Assembly (NCBI GenBank): GCA_030533385.1
Contig: JAUNJG010000007.1
Location: 638-64,637, forward strand
Source: Eubacteriales bacterium
GTDB taxonomy: Bacteria > Bacillota > Clostridia > Lachnospirales > Lachnospiraceae
Length of the DNA: 64,000 nt
Reading direction: 5' to 3'
The notes under the pieces are model-generated. The model was not told the DNA's origin, made no database searches, and was given only the letters and a program-made list of their open reading frames with translations. A program made the position numbers and the translations under genes. Positions 46,774 to 54,913 of this stretch are shown one piece after another (position 1 is the first letter of the stretch; every line of letters begins with the position of its first letter).

Positions 46774-46919
46774 TTGATTTTAATCTCGAATTAAAAAAAT
46801 TCAAACCGGCAGTGGGCGTGGAAGTGGGAGAGACCGACCTGTTTGAGGAAGATATTAAGGATATCACCGACTTAGTGGAAGAGATGGTGCAGGAACAGCT
46901 GAAGAAAAAAGAAAAATAA
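46770..46919 (+). CDS. Small acidic protein (49 aa), apparently translationally coupled to folC
   Basis: It is absent from the ORF track because it is under 60 aa. The ATG at 46770 overlaps the folC TGA (ATGA). The product is MIDFNLELKKFKPAVGVEVGETDLFEEDIKDITDLVEEMVQEQLKKKEK, ending at the TAA at 46917-46919. Confidence 0.4.
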   Translation: MIDFNLELKKFKPAVGVEVGETDLFEEDIKDITDLVEEMVQEQLKKKEK

Positions 46920-46955
46920 TCATTCCGTCAGGGTACAGTGTGTAGGAGGAATTAC

Positions 46956-48437
46956 ATGAGATGTGTAAAATGTGGCCGCAACGTGGGAGCTGATGGATTT
47001 TGTACCTGCTGCGGTTTTGAGAACAAACATATAGCAAAGGCATGCAACACTGCCAATTATTTTTATAACATCGGCCTGGAAAAGGTGCAGATGAGAGACA
47101 TGAGCGGTGCGGAGGAAGCGCTAAGGAAGGCGCTCTCTTACAATAAGTGTCACAAGGACGCCCGCAACCTTCTGGGGCTTGTATATTACAAGACGGGGGA
47201 GGCCGGAAAGGCGTACATCCAGTGGCGTATCAGCTCCAGATTAAACAACGTGGAGGAGAACCAGGCCAATCGTTACTTAAAAGAGATGGAGGAACACCCG
47301 GCGGTGTTTGAGGAGATTAACGAGACGGCCAAGAAGTTTAACCAGGCTCTTCTCTACGCCAAGCAGGGCAGTGACGACCTGGCGATGATTCAGATTAAGA
47401 AGGTGTTGAGCATCACGCCGCATTTCGTGCGGGGCCATCTTTTGTTTGCCCTGCTTCACATGAGAGCGGGAGACAATGCGGCGGCGAAGGTGGACTTGAA
47501 CAATGCGCTGGCCATAGACCCTTACAATACGACGGCGAGAAGGCTGTTGTCCGAGGTGGGAGAGAATCCGATGGCAGCGCCGGAGCCGATTCCGGCGGCA
47601 GCGATGAAGCCGGACAATGAAAACTTAAAAAATGTCCGTCCGGTGGATCACTATGAAGATCCGAGCAGGGAGACGTGGAAGCAGTTTGTCTACATGCTCA
47701 TCGGACTTGCCATCGGCGTGGTGGCCATGTTCGTGCTGGTGATTCCGAGCGTGAAGGCCGGCGTGAGCATCGATTACAACAAGCTGAAAAAAGAATATAA
47801 AGAGACCGTACAGGAAAAGGACAGCGAGATTGCCAGCCTCCAGGATGACAAGGCATCCCTGGAAGGCAACAATAAAAAACTGACGAAGCGACTGAAAGTA
47901 TACGAGGGAGCAGACGGGGAGGACAGCATGTATGATTCTTTGCTGAAGGCGAGCCAGGCATACTCTAAGGGAGATTATGTAGGCTGCGCTGAGGAATTGT
48001 CCGACATTGACAAAGAGTCCCTTCCGTCCAAGATGTCCCAGGAGTTATACACGTCCATGAAGGACACTGCTTATCCTAAGGCGTCCAGCCAGTTATACAA
48101 CGAGGGAAAGGCTCTCTATGACCGGTACAAATATGCCGAGGCGAAGAAGAACCTGGAGGACGCTTATAAGTACAGTGATAATGATTATGAAACCCTTTAT
48201 GTGCTTGCCATGTGCTATAAGAGGACAGGGGAAGAGGAGAAGGCGAAAGAATATTTCTATGATATTATCAATAACTCCGGCGACAATGACCTGATCCGCA
48301 GATCCGCCAACCACGGATTGGAGATGCTGGTAAATTCTGCGAAGGCGGCAGCGGCTGCCAGCCAGGAAAAAGAAAAGGGAACGACGGCGGCCAAGAAAGG
48401 TACCGACGAGGCTTCCACCACAGAAAAGAAAGATTGA
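46956..48437 (+). CDS. Zinc-ribbon / TPR membrane protein
   Basis: SD AGGAGG lies 6 nt before the ATG. It has a zinc ribbon (CVKCGRNVGADGFCTCCG), TPR repeats, one TM segment (FVYMLIGLAIGVVAMFVLVIP), a coiled coil and C-terminal TPR repeats. Confidence 0.7.
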   Translation: MRCVKCGRNVGADGFCTCCGFENKHIAKACNTANYFYNIGLEKVQMRDMSGAEEALRKALSYNKCHKDARNLLGLVYYKTGEAGKAYIQWRISSRLNNVEENQANRYLKEMEEHPAVFEEINETAKKFNQALLYAKQGSDDLAMIQIKKVLSITPHFVRGHLLFALLHMRAGDNAAAKVDLNNALAIDPYNTTARRLLSEVGENPMAAPEPIPAAAMKPDNENLKNVRPVDHYEDPSRETWKQFVYMLIGLAIGVVAMFVLVIPSVKAGVSIDYNKLKKEYKETVQEKDSEIASLQDDKASLEGNNKKLTKRLKVYEGADGEDSMYDSLLKASQAYSKGDYVGCAEELSDIDKESLPSKMSQELYTSMKDTAYPKASSQLYNEGKALYDRYKYAEAKKNLEDAYKYSDNDYETLYVLAMCYKRTGEEEKAKEYFYDIINNSGDNDLIRRSANHGLEMLVNSAKAAAAASQEKEKGTTAAKKGTDEASTTEKKD

Positions 48438-48513
48438 CGGGAGTCAGGAACATTTTAGAGGGAGAGGTTCTCCCATCCAAAAGATAGAGGGAAAAGAACG
48501 ATAAACGAATGAA

Positions 48514-48553
48514 AAAAATAAGTTCGACATATTTTGTCGGACTTATTTTTTTT
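48514..48553 (+). terminator. Rho-independent terminator
   Basis: AATAAGTTCGAC (48517-48528) pairs with GTCGGACTTATT (48536-48547) with one mismatch, followed by a T-run to 48553. Confidence 0.7.
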
Positions 48554-48568
48554 GCTTTGCTATCATAA

Positions 48569-48598
48569 AAGAAGGCAGAGCTGCCGCAACAAGAATGA
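48569..48598 (+). promoter_or_regulatory. Possible sigma-H-type promoter for spoIIA
   Basis: GAAGGCAG (about 48571) and AAGAATGA (about 48591-48598) resemble the RnAGGAwww / RnnGAATww elements with roughly 11-12 nt spacing. The match is imperfect. Confidence 0.25.
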
Positions 48599-48618
48599 AA
48601 AGCGAGGGAGGAGCCATC

Positions 48619-48954
48619 ATGGGTGCATGTCATGTGAGAAACCAGTGTCTGATCATCCGAATGCCGCGGGAGGTGGATCATTTTCAGGCGGAAATCATCA
48701 GAGGGGAATGTGAGATTATGTTTTTTAAGTCCTGCATTCGGGACGTGATTTTTGATTTCAGCGATACGGCATTTATGGACAGTTCCGGAATCGGGTTGAT
48801 TCTGGGGAGGATGCAGCAGGTGTATCCGGTGGAAGGACAGGTATATTTATTCGGGGGCAGTCCTTCCATCAGAAAAATGTGGGAGATGTCCGGACTTTCG
48901 GGCAGAGTGGTATTGCTGGAGACGGCGGAGGAGATGAGGGAGGTGTATGCATGA
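48619..48954 (+). CDS. spoIIAA: Anti-sigma-F factor antagonist (STAS domain)
   Basis: The STAS pattern is present, including the phosphorylatable-Ser context FMDSSGIGLILG. SD GAGGGAGGAG precedes the start. It is followed by spoIIAB and sigF. Confidence 0.85.
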   Translation: MGACHVRNQCLIIRMPREVDHFQAEIIRGECEIMFFKSCIRDVIFDFSDTAFMDSSGIGLILGRMQQVYPVEGQVYLFGGSPSIRKMWEMSGLSGRVVLLETAEEMREVYA

Positions 48955-49382
48955 AGACGAAAAAGAACGAGATGGACCTGATTTTTTGGAACTACCCGGA
49001 AAATGAGAGGATTGGAAGAACGGCGGCAGCAGTGTTTGCAGCCATTCTGAATCCGACGATGGAGGAGATTTCCGACTTTAAGACCGCAGTGTCCGAGGCG
49101 ATCACCAATGCGATTATTCACGCCTATCCGGGAAAAGAAGGAAAAATATTTATGCACCTGGAAAGGGAGGGCAGGGAAGTAACCGTACATATCCGGGATG
49201 AGGGGGTCGGCATCGCCGATATTCAAAAATCAATGGAGCCGATGTACACCACCTTGGAAGAGGAGGAGCGCTCCGGCATGGGATTTACTTTTATGGAAGC
49301 TTTCAGCGACGAGATGAGGGTGGAGAGTGAGCCGGGCAGGGGGACGAGCGTCTATCTGATGAAAAAAATGGGAGGGAGATAG
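48951..49382 (+). CDS. spoIIAB: Anti-sigma-F factor (serine protein kinase)
   Basis: An ATGA overlap joins it to spoIIAA. The GHKL motifs are EAITNAIIHAY (N-box), DEGVGI (G1) and SGMGFTFM (G2). Confidence 0.9.
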   Translation: MKTKKNEMDLIFWNYPENERIGRTAAAVFAAILNPTMEEISDFKTAVSEAITNAIIHAYPGKEGKIFMHLEREGREVTVHIRDEGVGIADIQKSMEPMYTTLEEEERSGMGFTFMEAFSDEMRVESEPGRGTSVYLMKKMGGR

Positions 49383-50092
49383 TGGAGCATACCTGTGAAT
49401 TGATTCGACAGGCAAAGGAAGGAAATCAGAAAGCACGATCCCGCCTCGTGGAAGAAAATGTGGGATTGATTTGGAGTGTGGTGCGACGTTTTCAGGGGAG
49501 AGGTTATGAGAAGGAAGACCTGTTCCAGATAGGGAGCATCGGGCTGCTTAAATGCATCGACAACTTTGATTTGAGTCGGGAAGTAAAGTTTTCCACCTAT
49601 GCGGTTCCCCTGATATTGGGGGAAATCAAGCGCTTTTTACGGGATGACGGCATGGTGAAAGTCAGCCGCAGTTTGAAGGAACTCAATTATAAAATAAAAA
49701 GAGAGATAGAGTTTTATGAAAAAGAAAATAACAGGGAACCGACGCTCCGGGAGCTGTGCAGGGCGCTGGGTGCGGAGGAGGAAGACGTTTTGATGGCGCT
49801 GGAGGCGGGACAGGAAATGCTCTCCTTACATCAGGTCATTTATCAGAAGGAGGGGGATGAAATCTATCTGGAAGACAAAATTGAAAGGCAAAAAGATGAC
49901 ATTGAAGAAACGGTAGACAAAATGTATATTGAGGAACTGCTGATGGGACTGGAAGAAAAAGAAAGGCGGCTCATACAGATGCGCTATTTTCAAAACAAGA
50001 CCCAGGCGGAGGCGGCGAAGGTGCTGGGGGTGTCTCAGGTACAAATTTCCCGCATGGAGAAAAAAGTATTGAAAAAACTGCGAGGTGAATAA
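49382..50092 (+). CDS. sigF: Sporulation sigma factor F
   Basis: The GTG start overlaps the spoIIAB TAG by 1 nt. Regions 2-4 are present (EDLFQIGSIGLLKCIDNFD, FSTYAVPLILGEIKRFLRD, QAEAAKVLGVSQVQISRMEKKVLKKLR). Confidence 0.9.
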   Translation: MEHTCELIRQAKEGNQKARSRLVEENVGLIWSVVRRFQGRGYEKEDLFQIGSIGLLKCIDNFDLSREVKFSTYAVPLILGEIKRFLRDDGMVKVSRSLKELNYKIKREIEFYEKENNREPTLRELCRALGAEEEDVLMALEAGQEMLSLHQVIYQKEGDEIYLEDKIERQKDDIEETVDKMYIEELLMGLEEKERRLIQMRYFQNKTQAEAAKVLGVSQVQISRMEKKVLKKLRGE

Positions 50093-50220
50093 ATTTACGG
50101 CGGATGCATATGCTACCATCCATAAAAACAGTTTTTTTCGCTCCCGGGGAAAGCATCCGATGAGATGGCTCCGGGAGCATACCGGACGGCAGCCGGGGAA
50201 AGAGACGGAAAGGAGAGCGC

Positions 50221-50862
50221 ATGGAGCGTCCGATTATTTATATCCAGCCGGAACAAAGCGCCTATCTGAACCATACAAAGATAACGGTGAAGGATGTGGG
50301 GTCGGTTTTTTGCGAAGATAAAAAGGTGGAGCGAAACGTGGGTCAGATAGAAATCTATCGTTTCCGGGAAAAGAAGGAAGGCAAGATCTCTTTGTCGGTT
50401 CTGTATCTGATAGAAAAAATTCTGGAAAGGTATCCGGGAGGAGAGGTGAGAAACGTGGGAGAGAAAGACTGCGTGCTTTACTATAAAAATCCTTCGGAGG
50501 AAGATTCTATGCCGGCGCAAAAAGGAAAAATATTGTTCGTGGCAATTACCTGTTTTTTTGGCATGGGCATCTCCATCATGGGATACAATAACGATGTGGA
50601 CATGGGAAAGGTGCTATCCCAGCTTTACGAGGTATTTTTGGGAACCAGACCGACAGGGCCAACTTTCGTGGAACTGTTTTATTCTATCGGGCTGACCGTG
50701 GGAATCTTTGTGTTTTTTAAACATATGCCGGGGAAAAAGGTGACCGGCGGGCCGACGCCGATTCAGGTTCAGATGCGCCTCTATGAACAGGACGTGAATC
50801 AGACCATCGTGCTGGATGATTCCAGAAAAGGAGAAGAGCTGGATGTGGGAAATCATCGCTGA
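50221..50862 (+). CDS. spoVAA: Stage V sporulation protein AA
   Basis: It resembles Bacillus SpoVAA: LFYSIGLTVGIFVFFKH against IPYSIGLGLGMIVFFNH, and PTPIQVQM against PSPLEVEM. Confidence 0.75.
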   Translation: MERPIIYIQPEQSAYLNHTKITVKDVGSVFCEDKKVERNVGQIEIYRFREKKEGKISLSVLYLIEKILERYPGGEVRNVGEKDCVLYYKNPSEEDSMPAQKGKILFVAITCFFGMGISIMGYNNDVDMGKVLSQLYEVFLGTRPTGPTFVELFYSIGLTVGIFVFFKHMPGKKVTGGPTPIQVQMRLYEQDVNQTIVLDDSRKGEELDVGNHR

Positions 50863-51286
50863 CGGGATTTTGCTGTGGATTGCCCTGGCGGCTGGCTTCG
50901 CCACGGCGGGAGGATTTATTGCGTTTATCAGCCTGGTGGGAATTTTGCCCCGGCTGGCCGCCATCACGAAGACAGCCAGGCACATTCCTTTTTATGAAAA
51001 TTGTCTCGCCGCGGGACTCATCCTCATGAATTTCGTCTCCCTTTACCCGGTGGATTTCTCCTGGCTTCCGAAGCTGTTTTCTCTCATTTTTATTCACGGC
51101 ATCGGACTGTTTACAGGTATTTTTGTGGGATGTCTGGCGGGGGCGCTGGCGGAAGTCATCAACATCATTCCGATTTTGTCAAGGCGGATTCGTCTCAGAA
51201 AGGGATTTCCCTTGTTTATCAAGGCGGCGGCCGTTGGAAAGTGCATCGGAAGTCTGATGCAGTTTTATCTGTTTTCACAAAAGTAG
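50843..51286 (+). CDS. spoVAB: Stage V sporulation protein AB
   Basis: It overlaps the spoVAA 3' end. AAGFATAGGFIAFISLVGILPRLAAITKTA matches the SpoVAB signature. Confidence 0.7.
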   Translation: MWEIIADGILLWIALAAGFATAGGFIAFISLVGILPRLAAITKTARHIPFYENCLAAGLILMNFVSLYPVDFSWLPKLFSLIFIHGIGLFTGIFVGCLAGALAEVINIIPILSRRIRLRKGFPLFIKAAAVGKCIGSLMQFYLFSQK

Positions 51287-51341
51287 GCGTCTGACGTTTT
51301 TTGCCGGACGTATTTGAAAACCGAGAAGAAGGAGGACTACT

Positions 51342-51803
51342 ATGAAAAAAGAACCGACCAAACAAGAATATGCGGCCCAGGTAAAAAAGCTGACGCCGAA
51401 GTTCAGTTCCTGGAAAAATTGCTGGCACGCCTTTGCATCCGGTGGACTTATCTGCGCGCTGGGGGAGGGAATACGTCAGATGGCGATCTCTCAGTGGAAA
51501 TGCGGAGAAGAAGACGCATTCATGGTCGTGAGCATCGTGCTTGTGCTGCTCAGCGTGATATTGACGGGGTTACAATGGTATGCGCCACTGGCAAAGTGGT
51601 GTGGAGCGGGAACCCTCGTGCCGATTACCGGATTTGCCAACTCCGTAGCTTCCCCGGCCATCGAATACCAGTCGGAGGGACAGGTGTTCGGCATCGGCGT
51701 AAAAATCTTTACCATCGCCGGGCCGGTCATTTTGTACGGCGTGTTTGCAAGCTGGGTTGTCGGACTTTTTTACTGGGTTGGGATGCAGATTGGAATCGTT
51801 TGA
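51342..51803 (+). CDS. spoVAC: Stage V sporulation protein AC
   Basis: 153 aa. FASGGLICALGEGI...GAGTLVPITGFANSVASPA...KIFTIAGPVILYG is the SpoVAC pattern. Confidence 0.9.
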   Translation: MKKEPTKQEYAAQVKKLTPKFSSWKNCWHAFASGGLICALGEGIRQMAISQWKCGEEDAFMVVSIVLVLLSVILTGLQWYAPLAKWCGAGTLVPITGFANSVASPAIEYQSEGQVFGIGVKIFTIAGPVILYGVFASWVVGLFYWVGMQIGIV

Positions 51804-51818
51804 AAAATTCATATCAGA

Positions 51819-51853
51819 AGGCTGGGAGGATGGTGTACCAGCCTCTTTTTTTT
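51819..51853 (+). terminator. Rho-independent terminator immediately after spoVAC
   Basis: AGGCTGG (51819-51825) pairs with CCAGCCT (51838-51844), followed by T8 (51846-51853). Confidence 0.7.
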
Positions 51854-51854
51854 A

Positions 51855-51883
51855 TTGACTTTTGGTGTGTGAAAGCATAGTAT
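51855..51883 (+). promoter_or_regulatory. Sigma-A-type promoter for the diguanylate cyclase gene
   Basis: TTGACT (51855-51860), 17-nt spacer, TAGTAT (51878-51883). Confidence 0.4.
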
Positions 51884-52016
51884 ATAAACAAAGTTAGAAG
51901 CGAGGGGAGATTCTTTCTCCCCTATTTCGTTTATCCGATGTGTCGTAAAATCCTTTGCTTTCGCTATGGGGAGTATCAAAGTAAAAAAGTACAGGAAAAA
52001 TTGGGGGGGGGTACGG

Positions 52017-54587
52017 ATGAAAACAAGGAGAAGGCTATTATTATTTTTTTGCATATTAGGAGTGGTCCTCGGAACTGCCGCAGTTCCCGCCAGCGCAAAA
52101 AACAGAAGGACGGTGCGGGTGGGATGTCCCTCCCAGAAAGGGTTGACCTTCCGGACGGAGGACGGGAAGTACGAAGGGTACACCATAGATTATCTGGAAG
52201 AAATCAGCAAATACACGGACTGGACATGTGAGTATGTGGAGGTGGAGGGAGATTTGAACACCCAGATCCTCACTCTCATGGAAATGCTTCAGAAGGGGGA
52301 GATTGACCTGCTGGGTGCCATGAATTACAGTGAGGCGCTGGCGGAGGAGTTTTTTTATCCAAGTTATAATTACGGAACCTCCTACACCGCCCTGACGGTC
52401 AGCAAAAGTTCCGTAAAGTGGATGGAGGAGGACTATAAGAACTGGAACGGCATACGGATTGCCTCCTACCCGGGAATGGAAAAGAGAATGCAGCTTTTGG
52501 ATGCATTTGCCCGGGTCAACGGATTTACCTACGAGGTGGTGGAGTGCAGCGATGCCAAAGAGATGTTTCAGAGTGTGTACGACGGGGAGGCGGACGCCAT
52601 TTTGCAGGTGGACATCTCCATGGCGGAAGGGTTTCGCAGCATTGCCCGGTTCAATCCTCAGAACTTTTACTTTGCCGTCAGCAAAGAGAAGCCGGAGCTG
52701 TTTAAGGAGTTGAATCAGGGACTTTACAGCCTGGTGCAGTCCTATCCTGACTTGCAGACAGAGCTTTATGAAAAATATTTTTCTCACAAGGGAGACTTTT
52801 ATCTGACGGAGGAGAGCAAGAAGTACATCGAGAGTCTGGGGACGTTAAAGGTACTGTTTTTCGAGGGAAACAAACCGATGCAGGACGGGAAAGGCGGAAA
52901 GGCAGTGGGGCTTGCGGCCGGTCTGTTTGAGAAGCTGGCGAGGGACCTCGGCCTTCAATACGAGGAAGTGATAGCCAAAAACTATGTGGAAGGACGGGAA
53001 CTCATCAGGGAAGGCAAGATAGATTTGGTGGCGGCGGTGCCTCCCGGCGCCCGGCTTCAAGAGGAGGTCAGGCTGTCCATGACCCATTCTTATTTTGAGA
53101 GCTACGGCATTGCCGTGAGCAACGGAGAGATAGACGATGAAGATATCGGGATGCTAAACCTCTCTGCCAATGTGGAGAAGGACTTAAAGAGAATGGCGAG
53201 GCACAAGGGCAGCCGGGTTTCGATGGATGCCAACTGTATCAGCTTTTACATAAGAAAGAAAGGGTTGTATGAGTCCTTGTCTTTTGATTGGGGAACGACC
53301 ATGAGCATCCGGTATTCCATAGGGATTGCGAAAGGCGGGGATAACAGACTGAGAAATGTCATAAACAGCTACATTAACAGTATGCCCAGAGACAGTATCC
53401 AGCAGATGGTTTATGAAAATTCCTATGAGCCTGTGGAATACTCTTTCTCTGAGTTGATTTATGTTTACTGGGAGCGGATTTTGATCGTCGTCATAGGCAT
53501 TCTCGTTTCGGTTTCCCTCTATCTGGGTTACAGGAAACGGCGGGAGTTAAGGCAGAAGGCTCTGGAGAGCGATAAAATTTATCAGTTTTCCAGAATGACC
53601 AACGAATGTCTGTTTGAGTATGATTTCAGGCGGGATCAGTTAAATGTGCAAAACAGCCAGCTGTTTTTCCCTGACGAAAATATTTTAAATAACTTTCTGA
53701 AAGCGTTTGAAAGCTCTTTTGAAAAATTTGACAAAATAGAACAAAAAGAGATTGGCCGTACCCTGCATGAGATGCTGTCGGGAAGACAGGAGCAAAGGGA
53801 TGTCTGGTGCCGGAAAGAAGATGGAGACTGCTGGTATCGGATACAGATTCGCTATATCGGAAAAGAGGGGGAGAGTGCCATCGGAAGGATCTCCGATATC
53901 AGCCAGACGATGATGGAACAAAATGCGCTGAAAAGGCGGGCGGAGAGCGATTCTCTCACGGGGATTCACAATCGGGCGGCGGCAGAACGATATATCGATG
54001 ATTTCCTTCGTGTGAAGGGAAACGAGGGCATCATGATTTTGTTTGATATTGATAATTTCAAGACGGTAAATGATACTCTGGGACATCTGGCGGGCGACCA
54101 GCTGATTCAGGAGTTTGCCGAAAGACTGAAAAAAAGCTTTCGCCACACCGATTTCATGGCAAGGCTGGGCGGCGACGAATTTGTCGTGTTCCTGACGAAG
54201 GCCATCGAGGAGGAGAAGCTGGCGGCAAAGCTCCAGGCGGTCATTGATGATATGAATCAGAAGGTGTTTGCCGCATATCCGTCCTGCGCCTTATCTGCCA
54301 GCATTGGCGCCGCCTACTCAGGGGAGCAGAGTAACGATTATAAATCTCTGTACCGCTTTGCGGACAACGCCATGTATGTGGCAAAGTTTGGAGGGAAAAA
54401 TGACTTTTTCATTGCAGAAGACGAGGTCTGCATGAAGAGGGGATGTGACAATTGCAGGCCGGTGTGCAGACGCCGGGAGTATCTGCTCGGAAAGGGTGTG
54501 TTGCGCCGGGATGAAAAGAATCCTGGAAAGTTTATCGTCGTGGACCCTCATAACAATGGGGGAAGGAGAGGCGAATCATTACAGTAG
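52017..54587 (+). CDS. Diguanylate cyclase with two extracytoplasmic solute-binding (SBP_bac_3-like) domains, one TM segment and an intact GGDEF domain
   Basis: A signal/anchor (LLLFFCILGVVLGTAAVPASA) is followed by two PBP-type repeats, a TM segment (ILIVVIGILVSVSLYLGY) and the GGDEF domain (DSLTGIHNR...DIDNFKTVNDTLGH..GD...RLGGDEFVVF). Confidence 0.85.
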   Translation: MKTRRRLLLFFCILGVVLGTAAVPASAKNRRTVRVGCPSQKGLTFRTEDGKYEGYTIDYLEEISKYTDWTCEYVEVEGDLNTQILTLMEMLQKGEIDLLGAMNYSEALAEEFFYPSYNYGTSYTALTVSKSSVKWMEEDYKNWNGIRIASYPGMEKRMQLLDAFARVNGFTYEVVECSDAKEMFQSVYDGEADAILQVDISMAEGFRSIARFNPQNFYFAVSKEKPELFKELNQGLYSLVQSYPDLQTELYEKYFSHKGDFYLTEESKKYIESLGTLKVLFFEGNKPMQDGKGGKAVGLAAGLFEKLARDLGLQYEEVIAKNYVEGRELIREGKIDLVAAVPPGARLQEEVRLSMTHSYFESYGIAVSNGEIDDEDIGMLNLSANVEKDLKRMARHKGSRVSMDANCISFYIRKKGLYESLSFDWGTTMSIRYSIGIAKGGDNRLRNVINSYINSMPRDSIQQMVYENSYEPVEYSFSELIYVYWERILIVVIGILVSVSLYLGYRKRRELRQKALESDKIYQFSRMTNECLFEYDFRRDQLNVQNSQLFFPDENILNNFLKAFESSFEKFDKIEQKEIGRTLHEMLSGRQEQRDVWCRKEDGDCWYRIQIRYIGKEGESAIGRISDISQTMMEQNALKRRAESDSLTGIHNRAAAERYIDDFLRVKGNEGIMILFDIDNFKTVNDTLGHLAGDQLIQEFAERLKKSFRHTDFMARLGGDEFVVFLTKAIEEEKLAAKLQAVIDDMNQKVFAAYPSCALSASIGAAYSGEQSNDYKSLYRFADNAMYVAKFGGKNDFFIAEDEVCMKRGCDNCRPVCRRREYLLGKGVLRRDEKNPGKFIVVDPHNNGGRRGESLQ

Positions 54588-54913
54588 AAGGCAGACGGAA
54601 GTGATAGAAAAAAGACGAGGGGCGTTCCTGATAACGATGGGGAGCGCCCTGTCCCTTGTCCGGGTGTAAATGCGCTTTGTGCTTCGGCAGTTATGGACAA
54701 AATTTGTATTTTGTGGTAGTCTAAAATTCATAATATTTTTAGATAAACAGAACATTTTTGTGATGATTTACATATTTCAGGTTGGTTTATTGTTAGTTTT
54801 TTCATCGGTTTTATCCGAACAGAGCCGGCGTATTTGGTCGGAAAACATACGAAGCGACTGCAAAGGTGCGTGAGGGGAGGTATCGTTGCAGGGTTTAGAA
54901 GAGGGTCTGTAGT

